Assembly: GCF_009914755.1 (NCBI RefSeq)
Contig: NC_060932.1
Direction: 5' to 3' (one strand)
DNA: 64,000 bases
Origin: the human T2T-CHM13v2.0 reference genome, Homo sapiens
The notes beneath the pieces are model-generated. The model did no database searches and was not told the origin of the DNA. It worked only from the letters and a program-made list of their open reading frames with translations. Position 1 is the first letter of the stretch; every line of letters starts with the position of its first letter. The position numbers and the translations under genes are program-made. Below, in pieces: positions 1-15,320 of this stretch.

Positions 1-649
1 AGAAATAAAACCAAAGAAATTTGACAAAATAGCCAGCTACAGTTGTAATAATATATTCACAATGGGCTAGCAAGTCATAATCTTGTATTCTCAACCTAGG
101 TGTTTTTTTCATATTTACTTCTTCAAGGAAACTGAACCATCAGATAAAATAATATATATTATAAGCTTAAAATAATATATTATTTTATTTGATGCATTGA
201 AACCCTTCTTATTGCTAATGTACTCATTCGCCTGACATTATTTTGGAATTGGGTGATTAGCAATGTCCACTACATTAGACTTTTTCATAAGACCCTGTTT
301 CACACATAATGAATCAAAGTACCTCTTTTTATTATCAGGAAATTTTAAAAATCAAAGTGCCAATGAAACTGAATTATGAGAAACAAAAAAAAGTTTGCTT
401 TTTCTGTAAGTTAAAAGAATTACTAGAATGATGTATAAAATAATAAATTATCAAAAGCACTAATATATCAAAGTTAGTTATATTGTTAGCAGTGTATCAT
501 TTATTGAGTATCTATCACTGTATGTTACATAGAAATGTCTATAGCTCTGGCATGAATCTATTCCAATCTAATAGATTTATCTATCTCCTCTCCTACTCAG
601 AAAACAAATTATAGAGCCTACACATTCAGTATCACTAATACTAGTACCC

Positions 650-826
650 ATAACAATAATAACAAAACTTATAAATACTATAGTACAAGGATATGTTCAA
701 GCATTTTACAAATAGTAATTCAGTTAATACTCATAATGACCACTTGAGTAGGTGTTTTTGTGAAACCTGAATTCAATTCCAGTACCTGGATTCAAAGTTC
801 ATGTTCTTAACTACAATATTATGCAA
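650..826 (-). mobile_element. MIR SINE relic
   Basis: Degenerate reverse MIR motifs (gcattttacaaatagtaattcagttaatactcataatgac ... ctggattcaaagttcatgttcttaactac). Confidence 0.55.
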
Positions 827-2719
827 TATCCACTAGCATAGCTTTTTTTAAAGGATAATGAAAAAAATGAATATTTTAAAATTTCATTGACAGTTAGTAT
901 ATAATTTTTAAAAATACAAACACACTTTTTCTTCTCCAGATTTCACAATTAAGAATTCAGATCTATGTACATCCATGCTTGAGTACTTTCATATAGTTTT
1001 GTGTTGAATATTTAAAAATTTTGTTTTCTAATCTAAGTTTATGCTGATTTATTTTTGTGAGCAGTGGATAGCATATTTCTAAGACTACTTAATTATGTGT
1101 ATATCTGAGGCTAATATTTTTCCCTGTAGAGAGAAATTTCTTTGATTCAAAGAGGCCCCTATTGAGTTATAAAGCTATAGTATTCATAACGTTATTCTAG
1201 CAAAAAATCTTGAATTTAAAAAGAATACCTTTTCTCTGAGTGCTACACTATAGTAGTACTTCTTTTTCGAAAATGCAGGTAAGAAATTTTAAACCTTTCT
1301 CTATGAAAATATAAATACAAGAGGATATTAAAATATTTGTGATTTAATTTTTAAAATCATGGTATTTTCATTAAATATAGCAGGATATCTTTAATGGGGT
1401 GGTTTTTATTTTCTTCCGGTAAGTGCACAATACAGTTTCAAGCATTTAAATCCAGATATAATGTATATCATAACTTTTATTAAGGCTGTAATCCTTTTTG
1501 CATAATAATTATTCTTTCTGTACTTTTGGTTTTCACTTGTGGGAACTTTTGTTTTATTTCCCCTTCCCAATAAGGATTTTAAGAGTTTTTTTCCAATAAC
1601 AAATGCTCTACTCACAGTGAATTTAGTTATCCCTATGCTTAAAAATAGGTGCTATAGTTTCTGGTTCAAAGTCATATTTGAAAGAAAAACTCCATATTTT
1701 TTGTCCAAAATAAGCCACTCTTGAGAGTCAAAAGATTGCTATTAATAATTAGCAAACTCTGTGCAGTACCAATGGTTAGATGCCCTCTTCTATACGCCTG
1801 AGGCGATTCTCACAAAAGAGCAAAGCCAGCATGGTGAACTTGGCCACTTTCTCCAAGAAGTGCCTAGTGCTGAGCGTAATCAATCATTTTAATCTTCACT
1901 AGTTTCAAGGGTGATAAAACAACCTCTTTTTAATTGTGATTCTTTAATTCTGAAAGTGAGGATTTGACATATTCATTTTTTCTTTCTCTGAGATATCAAG
2001 TGTCCCTTCTCTGTTTTTATTTAATTATCTTTCTTCACTGTCTGAATACCTCTTTTTTAAACCACCTGAAGAGAGATGATCATACCCATGTATTATCTGA
2101 TTTAATCAGTGCAATGTCTGTTTGTCACATTACATTTATCACCCATCGAAAGCACACTTTTTCCTCACTTGGTCACTAATATTTATACTGTCTTTCCGAG
2201 TGCCTAGAATAAAGTAGGTACATGATAAATATTTTTAAGTTATTATTTCAATGTAAAGTTTTTAATCAAACTTAAGCCTCCTCTACTGCAAGATGCAGAA
2301 GTATTTCATGTATGATTAAGAAAAAATTGTCAAATTGTCAATGATATAATGACTATCTGTACTAAACTCCTTTTAAATGCATACTGTATTAGTTAATGTT
2401 ATCATATATTATACTCATCATACATAAAAAGGGCAACATAAGGAAAATAAATTAGTTGATTCATTTCTGAAAACATTTTCATATTTAGGGTAATATTTAC
2501 ATCACTTTGTAAACCACTAGTGATGCCTTTGCCTTCCCACACAATATAAATATAATTCTGTGTCCATGATGAATATAGGTGAAGTTTACTATTAAAATAC
2601 AAATTAACAAAAAACTTTTATAATGCAGTTAAAAGTCATGAAGTTGGTTTCTTAGGCTGGATTTGCAACTAAGCAGAGTTGGTTACATTTTCAACTATGT
2701 TTTATTGCTATATACCATC

Positions 2720-3325
2720 AATAAAATGAAGTTCGCAACTTCTAAATGTACAAAAGTGAATGTACTTTTTTAACTACCTCCCAGAACAGGCAGAATTCTA
2801 CTTCCTGTTTCTTCTCAGTCATTACCTTCAATAGTGATAAACCATCTGGTTTATATCGCCGTAGATTAGTTTTGCCTGTTTTTATATACATAACATACAC
2901 ATGGAATTATCCATCAATATGGGATCATATCATCTGTTCTCTAGTTCATTTGTTTATTTTTTTACAGGATTAATCCATCCATGTGTGTGTAGCAATAGTT
3001 TCTCATTTTTTATTGATGCATGATGTCCTTTGTTTGAATATATCATACTTAATTTGGATTTTCTATTGATAATGGATATATGGGTCGTTTCTTGTGTAGA
3101 ACTAGTTAATTTTCTCTGAACTTCTTGTAAATTGTTAAAGGCACATGTTCATGTTCCATATGAATTCCAATTCCTGGGCATTCTAACCCACGATGGGTAT
3201 TGTGAATTATTTAATAAGAGCTATTATGTTGATTTTAAAATGACATCATATAGTGTTTTATTTTACATTTCATTGATGATTATGAAAACTGAATATCATT
3301 TTATATGTTTATTGATCATATTCTA
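2720..3325 (-). mobile_element. Old L1M (L1MC/ME-type) 3' fragment
   Basis: Antisense L1M 3' motifs such as tagattagttttgcctgtt, catccatgtgtgtgtagcaatagtttctcattttttattg and catatagtgttttattttacatttc. Confidence 0.6.
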
Positions 3326-3474
3326 ACCCTAATAAACATCCCATACAGACATATTAGGCGTATATCTATTAGCTAACCTGAAAAAAGACAACTCATGGAT
3401 CCCATACTTAAAGTTAGAAAATAAGTCCCAGATCACTGTCCTTTTATATGCTCTGGTCACACTTTTAATGGAAA

Positions 3475-3668
3475 GGTCCAGATGGATAAGTCTTTTTTAG
3501 GGGAGGCTGAGCTGTGTATGTAGGACGTTTAGCAGCATCCTTTACTCCTGTTGGTAGATGACAGTTGTACATGCCTTCTTCTTTTACCCCCAGGCTTGAA
3601 AACTCGCAATCTCCAGATACTGCCAAATGTCTCCTGGGAGCCAAAATCACCCAAAGTTAGAAACTGCT
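3475..3668 (-). mobile_element. MER20 (hAT-Charlie DNA transposon fossil)
   Basis: gtaggacgtttagcagcatcc ... tctccagatactgccaaatgtctcctgggagccaaaatcacc...gttagaaactgct matches the reverse complement of MER20 as remembered. Confidence 0.8.
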
Positions 3669-4212
3669 ACCGTAAATAAAAGATTCAATCAACTTTACAT
3701 TCATCACTTGGAAAAACAAATCCTTTGAAATTTTATCTTGACAAAATATCATGCTTCAGGCACATTCTTAAAAAGGAAGGGTAGAATACTCACCAGAATT
3801 TTACACTCTATCAATAAAAGGGGGTATTTCTTTAAAAGATTCTAACCATGACAAATATCTTGAATATAACAGATTTCACCAAGGAGAACATATTTCTAAT
3901 ACCCATTTTGTGAATTAACAAGGCATTACATTTTATTAATTACAGACAATTTATATTGTAAATGCAATTGCTTATTTTTGAAGGAGAAAGGAACAGAATT
4001 TGTTCATAGTAAGCATTTCTGAAATGTAGTTTTTCTAATCAAATGCTAAATGGCCATTTTGGAATATTGATTAATTATTAAATATTGGGGCAAATAACTG
4101 TCCCATAAAGTAGCCTAAATCAACTAAGACATATGTAATATCCTAGTGTTTCTTTAAAAGTAAATTACATATACCATAATAATTAGTTAAAATTATACCT
4201 CAATTATTTATT

Positions 4213-4810
4213 TGTCAGTCAGGGTTCATCAGAAGCAGAATCACTTGGATATATGTATAAATAGACATTAATTTGTTAGAGGATTTTATGTTATAAAATT
4301 GTAGTGTTGGTTAAGCAGTCTCTGTAAGGCTGTGGATTCATGTCTGATGCTGAAGCCTAAATATACAAGGCATATAGTTAATAAGGAAATATATGTTGGA
4401 AAAAATAGATTTCAAGGGTAAGCTGAATCTCATAGCAGGAGCAGAGTCAATGAGGACACTCAAACTAAGCCAGTTCTCAAATACCGCTGGATTTTATGGT
4501 GTGAATGTCCTGAAGGAACTGGGCCACTTCACTGTGGAGCTAAACATACACCCCTGGCCCAGCAGTCAAAGAAGCTGAAAGAAGCTCTAGGATCAGACAG
4601 AGCAGGTATTGACCAGCTGCTGCCTCATGCCAATGAAATCAGGCAGTAGATTTACAATAAGATGGATGAACTACAGAATAGTTGATCCTTCTCTCCCTTC
4701 ATCCATCTCTCCCAAGAATCTCCCTTGTGGTCCACCGTAAATAGAAACATACAAGAATGGTAAATCTGGATAATGTAGTTCAAGCTAGCCAAATTGAACA
4801 GTACAGAATA
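4213..4810 (-). mobile_element. Old ERVL-class solo LTR (LTR33/LTR41-like; subfamily uncertain)
   Basis: Starts tgtcagtcagggttcatcagaagcagaa and ends atctggataatgtagttcaagctagccaaattgaaca, which are typical reverse ERVL LTR termini. Confidence 0.55.
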
Positions 4811-5594
4811 GCCCCAGTTTATATTATAACTTGATGTGTCTTGACTATGAAAAACATTATTATTTTACTGATAAATAATGAATTAGCTAACTTATACCAT
4901 CTACCCTTTCTCTTCTCAGTCTTTTTCCAACTTGTTCTCTATTGGTTACCTTTGAATCCTTAAATAAGATGCTTAAAACCTATTTCACATTTCATGAATT
5001 ATAGCAATTATATCTCAAATACCCATGGTTGTGCTCAACTTTTTTTTCAACCTTCTTCTTTCCCTACCTATATATTTGATCTTCCATCATCTGCCATTTA
5101 TATTTTACCAAGTGCAATTTAAATGATGATAATCTTGGTTTCCCCATACAAAACCTTACTTTAGTTACACTTGCTTTATTTTTCATAACCAAGAATAAGT
5201 TTAAGTTATAACAAATATCTAAAGATTCATTGTTAAATAGCCACAAATATGCTATCATCATATTTTCTTTCTTGAATATATATATTTAAAAATAATGGTG
5301 ATTTCAATTGTCTTTACTTTTTTTATCAGTTTCTCTGTGTTTATCATGTCTGTACATTTTTCTCCTACCTGGTTTCTGTAATGTGCTCTTATCCCAACTA
5401 CTTCCTTTCTAGAGAACTCTGCTCTGGATAGGTTGCTCTCTAGGCTGGGTACAATTCCTAGGTTGGATCCACAGTGTTCCGTGTCTTATGTCTTCTTCCT
5501 CTTTTGTATATTCCTCAGTTTCTGCAGGAGGATGCCCTCAAATAATGTGCTAAGAAATAAATTGCAGGACGTTAAACTTCTGAGAAATTAAATT

Positions 5595-5913
<319 letters not shown>

Positions 5914-5959
5914 CTGAGATATTAAATTTAACACAAACCTACACCCCTACCTCTTTATG

Positions 5960-6500
5960 TTTTTTTGCAGTTGGTTAATAATCTGGCTATGTATAGCATT
6001 CTAGATTTAATGCTATTATCTGAAAGAGTTTTTAAGTATTTGCTCTGTGGGATTCTAGCACCTGATGTCATTGACTAAAAGCCTGAGGATAGTTGGATTC
6101 TGGTAATTTTTCAGGTGTCAATTTATTTTTTTCTTGTTAGAATATCTTATACACTTCTCTTTTTTCTTGCTGTTTTAAAATTTTATAGTGTTGCATTTAG
6201 GTTTAGCATTATTTGTTTGTTTGTTTTTTTGGTTGGTTGGTTGGTGGTTTTTCATCTTTCAAAACATCAAAAGACACAAAAAACATGAAGAGCTGGGAAA
6301 TACGCTATTTATTCTTCTTTAATTTTCTTTAATAATTTTGATTGGTTTCTTCTGGAAACCTTATTAGTTAGATGACTGTATGTTGACCTGATTCACTATG
6401 CATATTTTATGTTTTTATCTCATATTTTATATTTTAGAAGAAAATAGGTTGCATCTTTAATAGTTATATTGTGCTCCTTAAATTATCTTTATTTTTGTGT
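5960..6500 (-). mobile_element. Old L1ME-type fragment
   Basis: Degenerate antisense L1ME motifs (tctggctatgtatagcattctagatt, tctggaaaccttattagttagatg). Confidence 0.45.
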
Positions 6501-7070
6501 CTTCTAATTTTTGTTGTTTACTGGTTGTTGCTGTTATTTATTGCTGACATTGTGCACATGCATGTGCACCTGGATTTTTCTTTACAATTTATACTGCAGC
6601 TACTGGAACCTCTGTGAGTGGTCTATTTTAATTAATGTCACGCTTGTAATTAGGTGAGTGAGAAGAAAACTGGTCAAGTTTGAGATATCACTAAGTTTCT
6701 AATAAGAGAGGGTCTCTTTTAAGCTTAAACATTTCTACTGTTTAATCCTATACAGTTTATTCAAATCTCATAAGTAAATGAAACAAAAATTTTATCATTA
6801 TATATTTTTGTTTTGTTGTCTTTATTGTCTGGAAAGTAAACAATTGGTAGTTGATCTTTCTGTACATTAGCTTTTGAGAAGTAGAAACATAGCTATTGCC
6901 CCATAGGCGTAATATTTATAAATGTTCCTGACTTTCACCCATTGCTCATGATTTTTGAGGCTGATTTTGATTTCTTCACGTTATCCTCATGAGCTATAAG
7001 GCTTTCCATGAAGAGTAGGTTGCTGGGTCCTCTGCTTTGATTCAGCTACCAATGTGCATATTTCTACCAT

Positions 7071-7469
7071 GAGTGATAAATAATTTTATGTGTCAATTTA
7101 GAGAGTGTTTTGAAGGAGATTGACAGTTAAATTGATAAACTTTGAGATAAAGCTGATTGCCTTCTATAATGTGGGTAGGTGTTAGTATGCATAAATAGAA
7201 AAAAGAAAAAGCAGAAAAAACCAGCCTCCTCAAGCAAGAGGGAATTCTCTAGCTGATGGCCTCTGGACTGAAAACTATAACATTGGCTCTCCTGGGTCTC
7301 CAGCCTGCCAGCCCACATTGCAGATTTTGCAAACTCCAGGCTGCATAATAATGTGAGCCAATTCCTTATAATGAATCTCTCTCTCTCTCTCTCCTTTTTC
7401 TCTCTCTCTCACACATACACACACGCATCCTATTGGTTTTTTTTCTCTGGAGAACCCTCATTGATACAC
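7071..7469 (+). mobile_element. MLT2 solo LTR (ERVL) with internal (CT)n/(CA)n microsatellite
   Basis: taattttatgtgtcaattt start, aagctgattgccttctataatgtggg, gtgagccaattccttataat, and terminal cctattggtt...ctctggagaaccctcattgataca. Confidence 0.85.
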
Positions 7470-7531
7470 AATGTTTTCAATTTTATTTTATTTTTGGAAG
7501 TAGCCTATTCACTGAATGTCTTTCCTTTCTT

Positions 7532-9436
7532 TTATTTAATTATACTTTAAGTTCTGGGATACATGTGCAGAATGTGCAGGTTTGTTACATAGGTATACAT
7601 GTGCCATGGTGGTTTGCTGCACCCATCAACTTGTCATCTACATTTGGTATTTCTCCTAATGCTACCCCTCCCCTTGCTCCCCACCCCTCAACAGGCCCCG
7701 GTGTGTGACGTTCTCCTTCCTGTGTCCATGTGTTCCCATCGTTCAACTCACACTTATAAGTGAGAACATGAGGTGTTTGGTTTTCTGTTCTTGTGTTAGT
7801 TTGCTGAGAATGATGGTTTCCAGCTTCATCCAGGTCCCTGCAAAGGACATGAACTAATTCTTTTTCATGGGTGCATAGTATTCCATGGTGTATACATGCC
7901 ATATTCTCTTTATCCAGTCTATCATTGATGAGCATTTGGGTTGGTTCCAAGTCTTTACTATTGTGAAAAGTGCTTCAATAAACATACGTGTGCATGTGTC
8001 TTTATAGTAGAATGATTTATAATTTTGGGGGTACGTACCCAGTAATGGGATTGCTGGAACAAATGGTGTTTCGGGTTCTAGATCCTTGAGGAATCACCAC
8101 ACTGTCCTCTACAATGGTTGAACTAATTTACTCCCCAGTCAACAGTGTAAAAACATTCCTATTTCTGCACATCCTCTCCAGCATCTGTTGTTTCCTGCCT
8201 TTTTAATGATCGCCATTCTAACTGGCATGAGATAGTATCTCATTGTGGTTTTGATTTGTATTTCTCTAATGACCAGTGATGATGAGCTTTTTTTGTATGT
8301 TTTTTGGCCACATAAATGTCTTATTTTAAGAAGTGTCTGTTCATATCCTTCTCCCACTTTTTGATGGGGTTGTTTGTTTTTTTCTTGTAAATTTGCTTAA
8401 GTTCTTTGTAAATTCTGGATATCAGCCCTTTGTCAGATGGATAGATTGCAAAAATTTTCTCCCATTCTGTAGGTTGCCTGTTTACTCTGTTGATAGTTTC
8501 TTATGCTGTGCAGAAGCTCTTTAGTTTAATTATATCCCATTTGTCAGTTTTGGGTTTGTTGCCATTGCTTTTGGTGTTTTAGTCATGAAGTCTTTGCCCA
8601 TGCCTATGTTCTCAATGGTATTGCCTAGGTTTTCTTCAAGGGTTTTTATGGTTTTAGGTCTTACATTTAAGTCTTTAATCCAACTTGAGTTAATTTTTGT
8701 ATAAGGTGTAAGGAAGTGGTCCAGTTTTAGTTTTCTGCATATGGCTAGCCAGTTTTCCCAACACCATTTATTAAATAGGGAATCATTTCCCCATTTCTTG
8801 TTTTGGTCAGGTTTGTCAAAGATCAGATGGTTGCAGATGTGTGGTGGTGTTATTTCTGAGGCTTTTGTTTTGTTCCATTGGTCTATAGATCTGTTTTGGC
8901 ACCAGTACCATGCTGTTTTGGTTACTGTAGTCTTGTAGTATAGTTTGAAGTCAGGTAGCATGGTGCCTCCAGCTTTGTTTTTTTTTTTATTTAGGATTGT
9001 CTTGGCTATACGGGCTCTTTTTTGGTTCCATATGAAATTTAAAGTAGTTTTTTTTTCTTCTAATTCTATGAATAATGTCAATGGAAGCTTGATGGGAATA
9101 GCATTGAATCTATACATTATTGTGGGCATTATGGCCATCTTCATGATATTGATTCTTCCTCTCCATGGGCATGGAATGTTTTTCCATTTGTTTGTGTTCT
9201 CTCTTATTTCCTTGAGAAGTGGTTTGTAATTCACCTTGAAGAGGTCCTTCACATCCCTTGTAAGTTGTATTCCTAGGTATTTTATTCTCTTTGTAGCAAT
9301 TGTGAGTGGGAGTTCACTCATGATTTGGCTCTCTGTTTGTCTCTTATTGATGTACAGGAATGCTTGTGATTTTTGCACATTGAGTTTGTATCCTGAGACT
9401 TTGCTGAAGTTGCTTATCAGCTTAAGGATTTTTTGT
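7532..9436 (-). mobile_element. L1PA, non-inverted 3' part (3'UTR and ORF2 C-terminal half) of a 5'-inverted insertion
   Basis: Antisense L1PA 3' end (ttatactttaagttctgggatacatgtgcag). ORF 8530-9468 translates to L1 ORF2 ([42 protein letters not shown]). TSD tcctttctt at 7523-7531. Confidence 0.95.
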
Positions 9437-9439
9437 CTA

Positions 9440-10648
<1,209 letters not shown>

Positions 10649-12274
10649 TCCTTTCTTAATGTGGAATTTAAAAAATCTGCCATTATTTTAATACAGCTTC
10701 AGAGGGAATGATATGCATGCAGGTGTGTTCTCAGTCCGTTATCTTGGATTAGAAACAAAGCTTGTCTTTATAAAGGATTCTCTAGTAAATATGGGAAAAA
10801 TGGGTAGGTGGAAATCAGGATAGAATGAAGGAGACAAACTGAAACACTTTTGCATTAAATCATGTAAGAGTGGTGGCTTAGACAAATGAAATTTCAGTGG
10901 ATATTAAAAGGCTGAGTTAGATCTAGAGCATATTTTATATTAAATATCATAGACCACTTTGTGGTGGCTTCAGCTTGATTCTTTATCTAGGTTTGTTGCA
11001 ATTTTCAGTTACTTAATTTATCTGTCTCTTGCTTTTTTCTTATGTACCTCAGGCTGTCCTCCCTGGTCACAGAGTCTACTTATTTTTTTTTAATTTGATA
11101 ATAGTTCCAATTGAGCAGAAAATTCTGTCTGTTCTTGTCCTCCAGTTTTCTGTAACTCCAATGCTCTGGCCTCCTGTAGTCCTTATCATTAACCCAGTCT
11201 CTTTCCATTGCCTTATGTATTTATGTTTGTTTACTTATTTTAACTTGATGACTGTTGGGTCCCTTCCTATTCTTCTATAAAATGTGGTTATTTCACTTAT
11301 TGTTTTAAGCTAACATACATTCCATATCACTGTCAATAATTTTAATTTCAAAGGTAGAGGCTATAAACTGTTTTATCCCAGTTTTCCTGCTAAGAAAAAC
11401 TAAAATAAAATTGTATATACTCTTTTTAAGAAATATCAAGTGACTTGCCTATTTTATATTCCTATGTCTATATTTAAATAGGCTTGTTGAATAAAATCAT
11501 ATGCTATTTTCAATCTATATCTACATATTTAGGATATTTTCAAATATTCACCATGCCTTCACATACATCCACTAGAGTTCAACACTGTAGAATTTCAGTA
11601 GTAGAGTGATGGGGACTTTATGTAAAAATATGACATGAGTGCCCTCTTGCTGGGATTGCATAGTGAGATGGCATTGCCTACACAGGCATTCAGGTATAAA
11701 GGAGAGTTAAATATGCTAGAGTGCTGTTTATATAAGTCCTTGTGGGTCCTCATTAATTTGTTTTTGACAGGTTTTCACTTAATTCTAGGTACTTGCTTTC
11801 TCCTTAATTTCGATTCTTTCATTTGTGTTGGTACTTTTGTCTTTTCCAAATTATGCTTATGTTTTGTCAATTTGGCTTGAACTCATGGCTCCCTGGAAAG
11901 ACTTTGGCTTAATTGATCCCCTTGGCTCCTACCACTTAAGCTTCATCCTAATTTTATCCAATTTTGACCAATTTGGAGACAATCCATGTCCCTGCCTTAT
12001 TAGGCCATGATCTCAGCTTGGCCTCTCTTCACCCCACATGAAATGCAAATTCAAGTAATAAAACCCATGATGATCAGGATTCCAGGTAGTATATCTGTTT
12101 CCCTGGGTTCTATATGTAGGCACACACAGTCACTTTTTGGTATTTGTCTTATATACTATGGCCCTAATTTTATTCACTCACTTAATTCAAACTCTTTTAT
12201 CCAATTTCCCAGATAACTAAACTCTAGGCATCCCGAAATATCTCGTTATTGCAACCATTGTATACTAATAAATA

Positions 12275-12430
12275 TGACAATTAATGGAATGCATACAATT
12301 TTTGACACTGTACTAAGCACTTTATGTGAAATACTTAATGGGAATTTCACAGTACTATGAGATAAGGGATAATTTTAATTGCATTATTTTATGTATGAGA
12401 AAATTTAGGTTTGGTGAAAATAAGTTATGT
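12275..12430 (-). mobile_element. MIR relic
   Basis: gacactgtactaagcactttatgtg...ctatgagataagg...ttttatgtatgagaaaatttagg is the reverse MIR core. Confidence 0.6.
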
Positions 12431-12514
12431 AGTCATGATGCTTTAGCAGTACTGCTTATTTTAGATTTTATAAGCAAAGGAAACACATTTACCATTACCA
12501 ATTTCTATACTGGC

Positions 12515-12890
12515 GTGTATAGCTTAAGCTTATATGGATACGGAGGTAATAAAGAGCTTCCAAAATACCATTACCATAGTATAACAGAGGATTGGCTTCT
12601 CATTTATGCAATAAGTTCAATGGATATTTCTAGGAAATTCTTTCCACATAGTAGTTCAGAGACCCAGGCTGACAGAAGATTCACCACCCACACAGCTTTA
12701 CAATTAACCCCTGATGGGAAAGAGAGAGCGTGGATAGCTTATTTGTTTTGCCCCGTAACTGGCATATGTTATATTCACACACACCCCATTTGCCAGAATT
12801 AGTAAGTAGTCTTAGAGCACTAGAAAGCATAGTCTTTTGTATGCTCGAAAAAATACAAGGTATTAGTGATCATTAGTGATGTCTACTTTA
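12515..12890 (-). mobile_element. Old MLT1 (MaLR) LTR
   Basis: ttccacatagtagttcagagacccaggctgacagaag and cacccattt-gccagaattagt motifs of reverse MLT1J/K-type LTRs. Confidence 0.55.
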
Positions 12891-14854
12891 ACAGCATTCC
12901 CGGAATTCCTAGCGATATCTGATCCTAAGGACCAAGATATTAATTAAGCACTGGGTTATCTTTTTTATCTTTCTGGGTCTAATAAACAAATTTGATAGAA
13001 AAGTATACTAATTTAAAATTGCTTAAAACATACAGAAAGCAATGTGGAAGAAAGAATATTAATAGCTGTAACATCTGCTGTTAATATATGAAAGTACATG
13101 TTTTTCTTATGCTTCCTATACATAAAATTATAATATGTAGTTTTAAAATTATCCAGTTTTGTATACTGTATTTTTCACCCATTATTATTTTTCCAAATTT
13201 AAAGTATTTGAAAAGATTATATTTAAAAGTTTGAGCTATGCCAGAAATACCCTACTTAACTAATATGCTGTGTTGGATATTAAGTTGTTTAAATGTTTTA
13301 GTATTATTTAGTAGCATACCATTTAATATCAAGAAATTAAAAGATTTATATTATAGGTATATCTTGATATTAAATGGTGTATTTATACTTTTAATATAAA
13401 TTTCTAGGTATACCAATAATCAATCTTGTGATTGAGTATAATTTTATTTTTCATAAAATAATGATACATTTAGTTTCCCATTTTTACTCTATTTGTGATT
13501 TTACTCTTTTTACTTGACTAAATTTATCAGAAAATTGTTTATGTTTTTAAAAAGACAAACTACTTTACTACTAAAAGGAGACATTTTCAGTATTAATCTG
13601 GTAATTAATTAAAAATTGGATTTTAAATAATAGAGACTTCATCAAAAACTCTTCATGGAATATTTTTCTTTCCCCAACTCAAAGTACATTGTTTTCCACA
13701 AATTACCGATTTTAGTGACTTATTTTGCTATCAGTAAGATCTTGTTTGATGTGTCTTTTTGAGTTCTTCCTCTTTTTGGTGTTATCCTGGTGATTGTATG
13801 AAAGGATAGTATTTTTTTCCCCTCAGATGGTTTTGGAGAAAATAGTAATTTTCAGAATAGATCTGAGCTCTAAAAATTGGCTTTGTATCTGATAAAATTA
13901 GAAATCCATAAAACTTTCCAAGTAGAAAGTTAAATAAGCTCCTATACTTCAACACCTCAAGACTTCCAACATTATATAATCTCATCAACTCTGCAGGTAC
14001 AGCTTTTCAGAACTGCGTGTTCACACAGTAGGGACAAGTTTTTGTGCCAGTAGAGTTCAGAAGCTAATTTTCAGTGGCAGTCTTGTAAAGTTATACCAAA
14101 TATATTTGGAACAGTGTTGTTAATATAGAAATAATAACACTTATTTGAAGAACATTCATTTTTTGAATATTTGCCATGTTATACTTTTGTATTATTTTAG
14201 AACTCAATTTTGCCTAAAAAATCAAGTATTTTCTAATTATAAAAATTGTCAGGCTGCAAAATGCAGTTCTAAAGTAATACATGTGCCAAATGTACAGAGG
14301 AAGTATAGTAGTAAAAAAAATACCACCTTTCAGTGTTATTCTTGAAATTTAAAAATTAATTGATATCCTCTGGTATCTGTAATGTTTCATTTAGAAGGCT
14401 AGCATTTCACAAACACCATTGTCAGAAGATGATCTACTTTGGAGACAATAATTGCTTTCTCTTTAAGGTACCCTGCAATGCAAAACTGTAAGTGTAGAAA
14501 GCTAACATTTATACAGAAAAGGAAATGTCAGTCTTTCCTCCAAATATATACGTTGTTGTGTAGTGTCATTTTAAACATGAATATATTTTATACATAGAAG
14601 TTGAGAAAAAAAACTTGACGCTTTGAGGACACACTTAATATCATGTCTCATATGTTATTCTAAAAAGCAATCACATGTTTACAAGCAGACATAAAAGCTT
14701 AGCTTTAAAAATACCCATAGAATTGATTCTTAAGCAGTCTGTGCTACAGTTATAACAAGTATTTAAAATACTTTTGATAACATTTCCTTTTGCTTGCACT
14801 ATAGTCAGCTTAATTGAATGACCGTTTTTGCGCCATAAGAATAAACAGAAACTT

Positions 14855-15221
<367 letters not shown>

Positions 15222-15320
15222 TTAATCCTATTTTTTAATGTTTACTTTGTAATGGTGCTAATGATACCTTGATACTCTCTACATTTCCAAAATAATTATG
15301 TAACAATAGCCAACCAATGT

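Noticed and set aside
138-194. AT-rich nested palindrome (20-bp perfect core at 168-187)
   Set aside because: It is real but low complexity. Such AT palindromes arise readily by slippage, and there is no evidence of function.
12326-12802. 158-aa ORF
   Set aside because: It runs across MIR and MLT1 relics, shows no recognisable domain and does not start with ATG.
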